Assembly (NCBI GenBank): GCA_039630575.1
Contig: JBCNUW010000001.1
Coordinates: 86,492 to 150,491, forward strand
Direction: 5' to 3'
DNA from: Candidatus Hydrothermales bacterium
GTDB taxonomy: Bacteria; Hydrothermota; Hydrothermia; Hydrothermales; JAJRUZ01
DNA length: 64,000 nt
Shown: positions 18,190 to 31,215 of the stretch, in pieces
How the letters are laid out: each line of letters starts with the position of its first letter
Numbering within the stretch: position 1 is the stretch's first letter
Made by a program: the position numbers and the translations under genes
The notes under the pieces: generated by a model
What the model saw: only the letters and a program-made list of their open reading frames with translations
The model's database searches: none
What the model was told of the DNA's origin: nothing

Positions 18190-21114
18190 TGGGTTAAAAA
18201 GGTTATTATTTTCAAAACCCAAGAGATTTTCCCTTTTTTGGATTCTGCTTTTTATATTTTCAAAAATATTAAGGTATCTTTCAAATAAATATTTAATTAC
18301 TTCGTAGCTATCTATCTTCTTAAAGATCTTTATAAATTTTCTTATAACAATAAGATGTAAAAAAGGAATGGGATATTTAAAGATCATTTCAAGAAACTTT
18401 TCTAATTCTTCAAAAGTTAGCCTTTTATCTTTTCTAACAAGCTTTAAGGATTGAATATATAGATTTTGCAATACCAAGTTTTTAGTTAAATCTTCAATTT
18501 CAGTTATACTAAAACTATTTATCAAACTTTCATCCTCTGACCCAAGAATAAGTAAAAAAAAGATGTAAGGGTCTTTTAAATAGGATAAGTTAATATATTT
18601 TGTTTCTATTTTATTTCCTTCATATAAAGTTTTAATTGAGTTGAAATAAAAAGAATAAAAAGAGTTATAAAATCTCTGTGAAAAGGAAATCCCAATTTTA
18701 TTGGACAATTTGAATAAATTTTCATTTTTAAAAATTAAACCTAAAAAACACTTTATCTTTTCAGATTCCATAACATTTTCATGGTTCATTTCCATAAAAG
18801 AAGATTTTTCAGCCTCCATTGATGCTTCTAAAGAATCTTCGAAGTTTCCGGTCCAGAATAGAAAGTCTGACAAATTTATTTTAAATTCTGAGTTAAAATA
18901 ACCCTTTTTCAAAAGATCTCTTTCAGACCTTTTTAAGTATAAAAGAGCATCAAAAAATTTTCCTTCTCTCTTTGCGATTTCAGAATAGAGCAAATTTATT
19001 TTAGCTAAAGTTACTTCATTCATAACTTTAACATCCTGAAGAAATTTTCTGGCAGACTCAAAAATTCCCTTTTCAATATAGGATTTAGCTAAACTGAAAT
19101 TAATTTCGTTCCATCTTGAGTCATTTTTGTCAGTCAAAAGTAAAGCTTTGTGTAAATTCGAAATAGCCTTTTCAAAATCTTTTGATAAATAAGAGTATAT
19201 ACCCTTAAGATAAAGATATTCTCCCATTTCAAGAGGTCTTATCTTGTGATTTTTTAGTACAACTTCTTCAATTTTTTCAAATATGAAAAAAGGGATAAAA
19301 CCTGTGCCCTCCTTTAGGAATTTGTCTAAAGTCTTTAAGGAATATTCCCAAGCTATGTCATATTTTTTTGCTTTTAGTGATTGTATAAATAAAAAGTATG
19401 GATTATTTTCAGCCCAATCTGTATATTTAAGGGTATCTACAATCTCTTCGTGTAATTTGTTTTTAATAGTGTCAGGTATAGAGTTATAAATAACTTCTCT
19501 AAGAAGAGGATTAATGAAATGTATAGTATTATTTTCTATTCTTAAAATATCCTTAGAAATAAGACCAACTAAGCTTTTTTCTATTTTTTCTGAAAAATGT
19601 TTCGAAAGTGGAGAATCTAAATCTAACTCTACTATCAAGCTCAATATTTCAAGTAAATCTTTTTCATATATTGTTAATTCGTTAACTTGTGAAAGGGCAA
19701 AGCTCATTAGAGATAAAGGAAGCTCTTCTTTTCCTTCAAGATCTTTACCTTTCAACTTTAAACTTTTCAAGTACTGTGCTATAAATAGTGGTATACCACC
19801 AGTGATTGTTGCAATTTTATAAATTGTTTCAAACTTAACATTCGGATAATATTTAGAAACTAATTCCATTACCTCATCTACATTTAGTGGTTTTAGATCA
19901 ATCTTATAAATGTTTGTTAAATCTAAATTAACTGGAAGGGTTCTTGCAGTTAAAATTATAAATGTACTATCAAGTTTATTTTTGATAAAGTTAATTAACT
20001 CAATCGAAAATGAATCAGCCCTATCTATGTCATCGAAAATTATAATTAACTTTCCTCTTTTTTTTGTTATTATTCTTAAAAAATCTAAAAAAAGATACTT
20101 TATTCTTTCACTTATATCTTTTTCTTCAGATGTTGAAGTTAATACATCCAAAAAAAATTCTATATATCTTTTCAGAAATTTAAACTCTTCCTTACTCATT
20201 GAATTTACAAGAAAAGTTTTTAATGGATAAAATGGTTCATCTGTATAAACTTCACACCCCCTTAGTTTTATTATGAAATTTTTTTCCTTTAAATTTTTAA
20301 CATAATTATCAAGAAAAAAGGTTTTCCCAACTCCTGCCTCACCTGTTAAAATAACAGATCTACTCTTTCCGGATTCTAAATCCTTTAAAAATTTATCAAA
20401 TAACTCCTTTGCATCTTTTCTCTCAACAAAAGGAACATCAAAAATTCCAGGTTCATACATCTTGCTTCCTGAAATCAATGTATAAATTTCCATTTTTTCT
20501 GTCTTTCCTTTTAACCTAATATTGCCCAAATATTCAAATTCAAAAAATTCAAGTGAAGCTTCATATATATCAAAAGAAACATATTTTTTATTTCCAAGAT
20601 TAGTAGAGAGTCTTTGAGCAGTGTTAACACAGTCACCAAGCGCAGTCAAAGACATTCCTTCTCCAGGTTCAACTTCACCAAAAAAAGACCATCCAGAAGA
20701 TATACCAATTCCGTAATCACACATTTCAGAAAGCTCACTTTTAATTAAATTTTCTATCTTAAAGGAAAAGTTTAAAACTTTAAAAACTAAATCTCTTTCG
20801 AATTCGTTATGACCAAAGATAAAAAGACCACCTTCATGAAAATTAAACTTTTCCAAAAAAGCGTCATAGGATCTGGCTAATCTTTCTACTTCGTATAAAA
20901 AATTTGTAAATTTGTAAACTAAATTTAAATCTATTTTAACTTTCCATTTTAAAGTTACAAAAAGAGAAATAATATATTTTTTTCTTAAAATAAACGGGAT
21001 TTTTGTTGGTCTTGTATCTTTAAGTTTTTGTCCACAATTAGTACAAAAATTGTATGAGTTTTTTAAATTTACATTACATCTCTTACACTGAACTATTTCT
21101 ATAGTACCATGCAT
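18172..21114 (-). CDS. multidomain signalling protein: N-terminal CxxC-x10-CxxC zinc ribbon, degenerate class III nucleotidyl-cyclase domain, STAND/AAA_16 P-loop NTPase, C-terminal TPR repeats
   Basis: CKRCN...CTNCG; cyclase domain keeps ALGDCVNTAQRL (Asn/Arg motif) but has K/L and H where the two metal-binding Asp normally sit (VYKFTNF, FIFGHNEF); Walker A LTGEAGVGKTFF; TPR-like helical repeats in the last ~450 aa. Confidence 0.8.
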   Translation of the reverse strand: MHGTIEIVQCKRCNVNLKNSYNFCTNCGQKLKDTRPTKIPFILRKKYIISLFVTLKWKVKIDLNLVYKFTNFLYEVERLARSYDAFLEKFNFHEGGLFIFGHNEFERDLVFKVLNFSFKIENLIKSELSEMCDYGIGISSGWSFFGEVEPGEGMSLTALGDCVNTAQRLSTNLGNKKYVSFDIYEASLEFFEFEYLGNIRLKGKTEKMEIYTLISGSKMYEPGIFDVPFVERKDAKELFDKFLKDLESGKSRSVILTGEAGVGKTFFLDNYVKNLKEKNFIIKLRGCEVYTDEPFYPLKTFLVNSMSKEEFKFLKRYIEFFLDVLTSTSEEKDISERIKYLFLDFLRIITKKRGKLIIIFDDIDRADSFSIELINFIKNKLDSTFIILTARTLPVNLDLTNIYKIDLKPLNVDEVMELVSKYYPNVKFETIYKIATITGGIPLFIAQYLKSLKLKGKDLEGKEELPLSLMSFALSQVNELTIYEKDLLEILSLIVELDLDSPLSKHFSEKIEKSLVGLISKDILRIENNTIHFINPLLREVIYNSIPDTIKNKLHEEIVDTLKYTDWAENNPYFLFIQSLKAKKYDIAWEYSLKTLDKFLKEGTGFIPFFIFEKIEEVVLKNHKIRPLEMGEYLYLKGIYSYLSKDFEKAISNLHKALLLTDKNDSRWNEINFSLAKSYIEKGIFESARKFLQDVKVMNEVTLAKINLLYSEIAKREGKFFDALLYLKRSERDLLKKGYFNSEFKINLSDFLFWTGNFEDSLEASMEAEKSSFMEMNHENVMESEKIKCFLGLIFKNENLFKLSNKIGISFSQRFYNSFYSFYFNSIKTLYEGNKIETKYINLSYLKDPYIFFLLILGSEDESLINSFSITEIEDLTKNLVLQNLYIQSLKLVRKDKRLTFEELEKFLEMIFKYPIPFLHLIVIRKFIKIFKKIDSYEVIKYLFERYLNIFENIKSRIQKRENLLGFENNNLFNPSSLFS

Positions 21115-21117
21115 GTT

Positions 21118-23352
21118 TTAAAGTCTACGCATAGCCATAGAGGCAGCAAGTTTAACTTGTCCATCTGGATCATTTAAAAGTTTTTTCAAAAATTCCATAA
21201 CCTTTTCAGACTTATGCCTTGATAAAATTCTAACAACTTCAACTCTTATCTCAGATGGAAACTTTGGTTTTTTTAAGAAAGTTTTGTCAAAAAGAATTTT
21301 TTCAATTATTGGATAAGCTTTATCAGGTATGTGTTTGATCAAAAAATTTATTGAAGGTATGATAAATTCTCTTGATTCATCTTTATCAAGGGTATTTTTA
21401 ATAAATTGATAAATTAAATCAACACTTTTAAATGTCCCAATTTTTAAAAGAGTTCTCAAACATTCAAGTTTTACATCCTTATTCTGTGTTTCCAAATAGA
21501 CTTCTAATATATCATCTTCAACAGATGAAACATTATATTTTGTAAAGGTCTTTAGCACCTCTAATTTTGTACTGTCTTCTCCCATTTTCAATATTTTAAT
21601 TAAAAGAGGTATACCTTCCTCATCTTTAACTTCTCCTAGAATAATTGCTACATCACGAAGATTTACAAATGATTTACTTTCAAGATCTCTATAAAATTCC
21701 CTTCTATACTCAGCTGGAAAATGAGACAGAATTTTAGCTATCCTCTTTTTTATTGTAATATTTTCCATTTCAGGAAAAATCTCCTTAAGAGCTACAAATC
21801 CCTCTTTTCCCGCAGATAAAAATGCTTCTTCTATTTCCTTCTCTGTCTCATCATCCCATAATTGAGTTAAAAGTACTCTTGTTGAAAATTGAGTACCAAT
21901 TTTCCCAAGTGCCCTTATAGCAACTTTTTTCTTTGATCCCGAATCTAATAAATCTCTAAATGCCTTCTGTATATCTTCAACAATCAATAAAAGATCTTTT
22001 TCTTTAGCAACCATAACAATCTTTTCTAGTCCTTCAATATATGAGAAAATCACAGCAGGATGTTCCTCTTCAAAAACTTTTATTTTCATTAAATTTATTA
22101 TTTTTTCAACAGATCCTAGCTTTTCGGCTCTTAAAAAAGTAATTGCAAAAGAAATTAAAGCATCAATTGCAGAAATCCTTTCATTTTCATTCTCATTTGT
22201 GAGTTTTTCTATAATGGGCTGAAGGAAAGATTCCATCTCTGAAGCAGCTATTCCACCTTCAAGCTCTCTTTCTAAAAACTTCAATTTTTTCTCTCCTGTT
22301 ATTACAAGCTTTTTTTCTCTTGCTATCCTTTCAAGTAATTCAGTTTCTTTGTCTTCATGTGATTTTTTAGTTGTTGTATAAATTTTTCTTTTTTGGAGTA
22401 TGTCCTTTAACATATCTGGCAACTCGCTTTCTCCTTCCTTTAATCCCGAAAAAAGCAATACAAGTTCTCTATCATCCATTTCATCAAGAATTTTTCTTAT
22501 TGACTCCGCTATCTCTCTATACTTTTCAGATTCCTCTATAAACCTTATTTTAAGAGCTGGAGATAAAATTTTTAGTATATGTGTAATAACAAGAGAAAAA
22601 TTATGTGAACCATCTTCTCCGTATTTTTCTATTAAATAGTGAGCAACAATTTTTAAAGCTGAAATTAAGTCCTTAACCTTTAAACTATCAAATTCTTTTT
22701 TTAAATTTAGACCCATCATATCTAAAAAAATATCTTTTACTAACTCCTCCTTTTCAATATCTTGTAACTTATTATATTCTCTTAAAAAACCGTCAAATTT
22801 ATCTTGAACCTCTTTACTTAATATTTTCTCTTCTTCTTTTTTAATTTCCGAAACAACTTTAGATAAATGATCCTTTTCTTCTAAAGTCAAATCTAATTTT
22901 AATTCTCTTTCTGTAGAACTTAATTTGAACTTTACCTCATTTAATCTAATCCTTTCAACATTTCTCTGCAGAAGTAGTTCAGATGGGTCTTTAACCTCTA
23001 AGAACTTTTTTAAAGGTAAAGTAAAAATTTCAAAGAAAATTCTTAGATCATCCTGAATTACATCCCTGTCAATCGAAATACTTTCAATTTTAAGTCTAAA
23101 GAAATGTTTCGCCATAGATTGAATAGCTGGAATTTTGCTTATATCAATCCTTGTATCTTCAAAAAGTATGATATTTTCAAAGAAATAAACGGATATTGTG
23201 TTATACTTTAATGGGAATTTTTTAATTATCTCGAGAACCTGCTCAGCTGCTTTATTGAAAGCAGGGTGCCCTGCTGGGTACATCTTTGAATATGTTAACC
23301 CTACTCCTATCTGTTTTAAAAGTTCAATTACTAAGGATTCTATCTGTAACAT
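21118..23352 (-). CDS. HEAT/PBS-lyase-repeat protein (744 aa), unknown function
   Basis: Repeated alpha-helical HEAT_2-like units (LLNDPDGQVKLAASMAMRRL; VAIRALGKIG; ERISAIDALISFA); overlaps both neighbouring ORFs, so probably translationally coupled. Confidence 0.7.
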   Translation of the reverse strand: MLQIESLVIELLKQIGVGLTYSKMYPAGHPAFNKAAEQVLEIIKKFPLKYNTISVYFFENIILFEDTRIDISKIPAIQSMAKHFFRLKIESISIDRDVIQDDLRIFFEIFTLPLKKFLEVKDPSELLLQRNVERIRLNEVKFKLSSTERELKLDLTLEEKDHLSKVVSEIKKEEEKILSKEVQDKFDGFLREYNKLQDIEKEELVKDIFLDMMGLNLKKEFDSLKVKDLISALKIVAHYLIEKYGEDGSHNFSLVITHILKILSPALKIRFIEESEKYREIAESIRKILDEMDDRELVLLFSGLKEGESELPDMLKDILQKRKIYTTTKKSHEDKETELLERIAREKKLVITGEKKLKFLERELEGGIAASEMESFLQPIIEKLTNENENERISAIDALISFAITFLRAEKLGSVEKIINLMKIKVFEEEHPAVIFSYIEGLEKIVMVAKEKDLLLIVEDIQKAFRDLLDSGSKKKVAIRALGKIGTQFSTRVLLTQLWDDETEKEIEEAFLSAGKEGFVALKEIFPEMENITIKKRIAKILSHFPAEYRREFYRDLESKSFVNLRDVAIILGEVKDEEGIPLLIKILKMGEDSTKLEVLKTFTKYNVSSVEDDILEVYLETQNKDVKLECLRTLLKIGTFKSVDLIYQFIKNTLDKDESREFIIPSINFLIKHIPDKAYPIIEKILFDKTFLKKPKFPSEIRVEVVRILSRHKSEKVMEFLKKLLNDPDGQVKLAASMAMRRL

Positions 23353-23959
23353 TTAAAGTTTCCTCCTTTAAAAGATAAAAATCTATATTTTGAACTACTT
23401 TTTTCTCATATAAGTTTTTTGGAAAAACTTTCTCAATTTCACCAAGTAAAACTATCTCATCTTTACTTATTAATGATTTTAAATAATTAATCATACTAAT
23501 CAATTCAGAAGAGATAATTATATAGGATTTTTCTCCTAATCTTAGAGGATAAACAAGGCATCTCTCATATATACCTATCATCTTCATTCTAATATCTTTT
23601 CTTATAACATCTGAATTAAAAAATTCTCTAACATCAATCAAAAAATTTATAAATTCATTAATATCGAGACTTTTACCAAGTCCAAATATAATCTCAATTT
23701 CATCACCTATGTATTGATTTACATAACCTCCATTTTTTTCAGCTATCATTTTTAAATTTGAAAATAAAAGAGAAAGATTAGATCTTAATTCAAAAAGTTC
23801 AATTCTCTCAGTTAAATTGGTAAAACCTATAATATCCATCCTGAAAACAAGAACATCTACTTCTATAGGTCCTTTCTTGATATAAAATCCGCAACTCTGA
23901 CAAAAATTTCCATTACTATCAATTCGAGAACCACACTTTAGACAAATCTCACTTAGCAT
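23324..23959 (-). CDS. small zinc-ribbon + class III nucleotidyl cyclase domain protein (211 aa)
   Basis: CLKCG...CQSCG ribbon; VDVLVFRMDIIGFTNL and GGYVNQYIGDEIEIIFG keep both metal-binding Asp of adenylyl/guanylyl cyclases; no GDxVNxAxR motif in the C-terminal half. Confidence 0.75.
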   Translation of the reverse strand: MLSEICLKCGSRIDSNGNFCQSCGFYIKKGPIEVDVLVFRMDIIGFTNLTERIELFELRSNLSLLFSNLKMIAEKNGGYVNQYIGDEIEIIFGLGKSLDINEFINFLIDVREFFNSDVIRKDIRMKMIGIYERCLVYPLRLGEKSYIIISSELISMINYLKSLISKDEIVLLGEIEKVFPKNLYEKKVVQNIDFYLLKEETLNVTDRILSN

Positions 23960-24067
23960 TTTTACTATATTTTAAAGATTTTGCTTTAAAAATTCAACTC
24001 CTTTTGAAGAAAGGTTCAAAAACAAAATAAAAAATTAAAAAAAGGAAAATAATAATATAGAAGAGTT

Positions 24068-25939
24068 TCATTTTTCACCTCTTTTTGAAATAATAGCTAT
24101 TAAACCACCAACAAAAATTAAAAAAGTTCCAATCCAAACAAGTTGAATTAGAGGATTGTAAAAAAATTGAACATAAACAGTTTTATCTTCCTCCCAACCT
24201 TGTATTACAGCGTAAATATCACCATATAAAAGAGGTAAAACATCCATCTCTGCTGAGGGTTGTTCCCAGTTATGATAAAACCTTAAAGCAGGATAAAGCT
24301 CTCCCTCTAATTTACCTTTATTTTTTATTAAGAATTTACCTTTAACTTCGTCATAATTATGTCCAGAACCGAAAGTAAGTCCCTCATATTCTATTTCAAA
24401 ATTTTTGAATTTTACTTTTTCACCTGTTTTAAATTTCATTTCTTTTTGTTCCTTAAATCCATAAGAGGATATTATGCCTATTGCTGATATAACTATTCCT
24501 AAATGAATTAAAAAGGGACCTGTTTTACTTATTAAAAATTTTACTTTATTTATTTCTTTAAAATAGTAATACAAATTTGATAAAAAGGCGAAGGAGGATA
24601 AACCGTAGCCAAGCACAGCTCCAGGATGACGGGAAATTTTAATAAAAACAATAGAAGAAATAATTACGCTTATAAGTAAGGAGAGAAAAAGAAAAATCCT
24701 TGATGGATTTTTATAAGTGTAAATGAAAATACCAAGAAGCAAAAGGATTAAAAGAAAAAAAGGACCAGTTGATTTAACAAAAAATAAAGACGAAACAGTT
24801 ATTTTTTGACCTGTGAAGAGCTCTGAAATTATAGGAAAAAATGTGCCGAATAGTGTTATCAGAGCGATTGCTATAAGAGAAAAAACAAATATCAAAATAA
24901 AGCCTTCTAATCCCAAAAAATTAAACCTTTCACTCTCTTTTGAAAATTTATTCTTGAATTTAATAACAGCTAAAATTAGAAAAGAAAGATTTATAAAAAC
25001 AAAAGCTCCAAAATAAGGTCCTATTTCACTTTCAGCAAAGGCATGAACAGAAGATAAAACTCCGCTCCTTGTGATATAAGTTCCTGTTAAAACAAGCACA
25101 AAAGTTATTATAATTAAGGAAAGATTCCATAACTTTAAAGTACTTTTTGTTTCTTGAATAAAAAGAGTATGAACAAAAGCTGTAGATGTTAACCATGGTA
25201 AAAAGGAGGCATTTTCTACAGGATCCCATGCCCAGTAACCTCCCCAACCAAGCTCAATATAGGCCCACCTACCTCCAACTACAATTCCAATTGATAAAAA
25301 TAGCCACGAAATTAACGTCCATTTTCTAATCTCCAAACCCCAATCCTTTCGTTCGCCTTTTATAAAAATAGCAACAGCATAGCCTAAAGGTATTGCAAAA
25401 CCCACATATCCTAGATAAATTGCAACAGGGTGAACTAACATCCACACATTTTGAAGAAGTGGATTTAAACCCTTACCATCAGGAGGAGAAAAAGGAAGTG
25501 TTTTAAAAGGATTGGTAAAAAAGAGAGTTATAAATATAAAGAAAAGGTTTATTATAGAAATTACAGCATAAGAAATAATTCTGTGGAAATTTTCATTTTT
25601 GACTGAAAACATGTAAACAAGAAAGTATATAGATAGTATCAAAATCCAAAAGAGCATAGAACCATCCATACCAGCCCAGAAGGCTGAGAATTTATAAATA
25701 AAAGGCAAGTTTCTTGATGTATAATTTGCTACATATAAGACTCTAAAATCAGAAGATAAAAGAAGATACCAAAGGATAATAGAGGAGAGAATTACAAATA
25801 TTGATCCTAAAACAACAGCTCTTTTTCCAGCTTCAACAAATACATTATCCTTTTTTATAAAAAAATAAATAAATAAAAATGAGGATAACAAAAAACAAAT
25901 AAAAGAACCAGTTAATGCAGAGTATCCAAGATCTGCCAT
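24068..25939 (-). CDS. ccmF: cytochrome c-type biogenesis heme lyase, CcmF/NrfE family
   Basis: 623-aa polytopic protein with the tryptophan-rich WWD signature WAYIELGWGGYWAWDPVENASFLPWL. Confidence 0.75.
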   Translation of the reverse strand: MADLGYSALTGSFICFLLSSFLFIYFFIKKDNVFVEAGKRAVVLGSIFVILSSIILWYLLLSSDFRVLYVANYTSRNLPFIYKFSAFWAGMDGSMLFWILILSIYFLVYMFSVKNENFHRIISYAVISIINLFFIFITLFFTNPFKTLPFSPPDGKGLNPLLQNVWMLVHPVAIYLGYVGFAIPLGYAVAIFIKGERKDWGLEIRKWTLISWLFLSIGIVVGGRWAYIELGWGGYWAWDPVENASFLPWLTSTAFVHTLFIQETKSTLKLWNLSLIIITFVLVLTGTYITRSGVLSSVHAFAESEIGPYFGAFVFINLSFLILAVIKFKNKFSKESERFNFLGLEGFILIFVFSLIAIALITLFGTFFPIISELFTGQKITVSSLFFVKSTGPFFLLILLLLGIFIYTYKNPSRIFLFLSLLISVIISSIVFIKISRHPGAVLGYGLSSFAFLSNLYYYFKEINKVKFLISKTGPFLIHLGIVISAIGIISSYGFKEQKEMKFKTGEKVKFKNFEIEYEGLTFGSGHNYDEVKGKFLIKNKGKLEGELYPALRFYHNWEQPSAEMDVLPLLYGDIYAVIQGWEEDKTVYVQFFYNPLIQLVWIGTFLIFVGGLIAIISKRGEK

Positions 25940-25991
25940 AAATTAATTATAAATTCTTTTTAGAATTAAATTCAATATAAAAAAATATAAT

Positions 25992-26957
25992 TTAAAAATT
26001 TTCAGCTATGTAACTTTCTGCCATCATGGCAGCAATTGCTCCATCAGATGATGCTGTTACAGCCTGTCTTAAGGAAGTTGATCTTACATCACCTGCTGCA
26101 TAGATACCCGGTATATCTGTTTCCATTTTTTGGTTTGTTATCACTCCCTTTCTTTCATCAAGTTTTGTTAAACCTTCTAAAATTTCAGAGTTAGGAGAAA
26201 GTCCAATAAAAATAAAAACTGCCTGGCAGGGTAGTTCTCTTACTTCGTTTGTTTTAAGGTTTCGTAAAACTACTCCTTCTACTTTTTTTTCTCCTTTGAT
26301 TTCTTCTACAACTGTATCTAATATAAAATTAATTTTTGGATTATTTTTTGCCCTTTCAACATAAATTTTTTGAGCCCTAAACTTATCTCTTCTGTGAACT
26401 ATATAAACTTTTTTTCCAAATCTTGTTAAGAATAAACCTTCGGTAATAGCTGAGTCACCGCCACCAACAACTACTATTTCTTTATCTTTAAAAAATGGAC
26501 CATCACAAACAGCACAATTTGAAACACCTTTTCCCATCAGTTCATTTTCCCCCTTTACCCCAAGTTTTTTATGATGAGCTCCTGTGGCAACTATAACAGC
26601 CTTTGAAATCCATTCTCCTCCATCTGTTATCACCTTTTTAAAACCCTTATCGAGAAGTTCTATTTTTATAGCTCTTTCCCTAACTATTTTAGTACCAAAA
26701 TTTTCTGCATGTTTTTTTAAAAGGTTTATAAGATCATTTGCTTTTATCCCATCAGGAAAACCGGGATAATCCTCTATATATTCAGTTAGAGAAAGTTGTC
26801 CCCCGATCACATCTTTTTCCAAAATTACAGTATCTAATAAAGCTCTTGAAGAATACATACCTGCAGTTAAACCAGCTGGACCTGCTCCTATTATAATGAC
26901 ATCTACTTCCCTCTTTTTAATCTCCTCAAAACTTTCCCCGAACTTTATTTCTATCAT
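25992..26957 (-). CDS. trxB: thioredoxin-disulfide reductase
   Basis: VIIIGAGPAGLTAG FAD site, CAVCDG redox-active disulfide, GGGDSA NADPH site. Confidence 0.9.
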   Translation of the reverse strand: MIEIKFGESFEEIKKREVDVIIIGAGPAGLTAGMYSSRALLDTVILEKDVIGGQLSLTEYIEDYPGFPDGIKANDLINLLKKHAENFGTKIVRERAIKIELLDKGFKKVITDGGEWISKAVIVATGAHHKKLGVKGENELMGKGVSNCAVCDGPFFKDKEIVVVGGGDSAITEGLFLTRFGKKVYIVHRRDKFRAQKIYVERAKNNPKINFILDTVVEEIKGEKKVEGVVLRNLKTNEVRELPCQAVFIFIGLSPNSEILEGLTKLDERKGVITNQKMETDIPGIYAAGDVRSTSLRQAVTASSDGAIAAMMAESYIAENF

Positions 26958-26960
26958 CCT

Positions 26961-27956
26961 TTAACCTCCTTTGATTTGAAAAGGATACTTAGTATAGGGA
27001 TCAAAGAATTCATTTTTAACTTTTTTGTTTTTAAATAAATAATAAGCTCTCACCCCTATCATAACTGCGTTGTCACCACAAAATTCTTTTTCAGGGAGTA
27101 AAACTTCACCAAGGTTTTCCCTCAGAAGCGTTCTTAGCCTATTATTTACTGCTACTCCTCCTACAACTGAAACTCTTAGATCTTTAATATCTAAAAGAAT
27201 TATCGCTTCCTTCAATTTATCTAAAAGATGTGTAAAGACAGTTTCTTGAAAAGATGCTGCAATATGAGGTTTTAAATTCTCAAATTCATTTTCTCCTATT
27301 TTTTCAATAAATCTTATAAGAGAGGTTTTCAAACCACTGAAGCTGAATGTAAAAGGCTTAGTCTGGGGTAGAGGAAATTTAAAAAAGTTTTTATCACCCC
27401 TTTCAGCAAGTTCTTCAAGTCTTTTCGCTCCAGGATATTTAAAACCAAAGAGCCTTGCAGCCTTATCAAGACACTCACCACCAGCATCATCAAGTGTTCC
27501 CCCAAGATAAACAATTTCATCTATATCCTTTATTAAAAAAAGCTCTGTATGTCCACCTGAAACAAGAAGGGATAGAACGGGAAATTCAAGTTCCTTATTT
27601 ATGAATATAGAAAATAAGTGACCTTCAAGGTGATCAACTCCATAAAAAGGAATTGATAAAGAATTAGCAATAGACTTTCCAAATACAAACCCTACCAGTA
27701 AAGATCCAATTAAACCTGGTCCTTGAGTAGCAGTAACAATATTAACATCCTTTAAGTCTATCTCGGCAACTTCAAGTGCAAGCTTTAATGAAGGCACTAT
27801 TATTTCCATATGTGTCCTTGATGAAAATTCAGGCATTACACCACCAAAATCTATTCCTGAAATATGAGACGAGAGAATATGGGACTTTACTTTTTTATTT
27901 TCTAACACTGCTACAGAGGTTTCATCACAAGAGGTTTCAAAAGAAAGAATAAACAT
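26961..27956 (-). CDS. tsaD: tRNA N6-adenosine threonylcarbamoyltransferase TsaD (Kae1/Gcp)
   Basis: ILSFETSCDETSVAVL N-terminus, GVMPEFSSRTH, ATQGPGLIGSLLVG, GVDHLEGHL metal-binding His pair. Confidence 0.9.
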   Translation of the reverse strand: MFILSFETSCDETSVAVLENKKVKSHILSSHISGIDFGGVMPEFSSRTHMEIIVPSLKLALEVAEIDLKDVNIVTATQGPGLIGSLLVGFVFGKSIANSLSIPFYGVDHLEGHLFSIFINKELEFPVLSLLVSGGHTELFLIKDIDEIVYLGGTLDDAGGECLDKAARLFGFKYPGAKRLEELAERGDKNFFKFPLPQTKPFTFSFSGLKTSLIRFIEKIGENEFENLKPHIAASFQETVFTHLLDKLKEAIILLDIKDLRVSVVGGVAVNNRLRTLLRENLGEVLLPEKEFCGDNAVMIGVRAYYLFKNKKVKNEFFDPYTKYPFQIKGG

Positions 27957-28011
27957 TTATAAATATAAATCTTAAATTTTGAAAAATCAATACTTATAGT
28001 ATAATTAATTC

Positions 28012-28971
<960 letters not shown>

Positions 28972-28972
28972 A

Positions 28973-31161
<2,189 letters not shown>

Positions 31162-31165
31162 AATA

Positions 31166-31192
31166 AAAAGGGGGGATTTTATCCCCCCTTTG
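31166..31192. terminator. bidirectional intrinsic terminator between convergent gyrB and the pilin gene
   Basis: AAAAGGGGGGAT-TTT-ATCCCCCCTTT: 11-bp stem with 6 G:C pairs, flanked by A/T runs on both strands. Confidence 0.75.
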
Positions 31193-31215
31193 TCTCAGCA
31201 AGATTTTATAAAATA

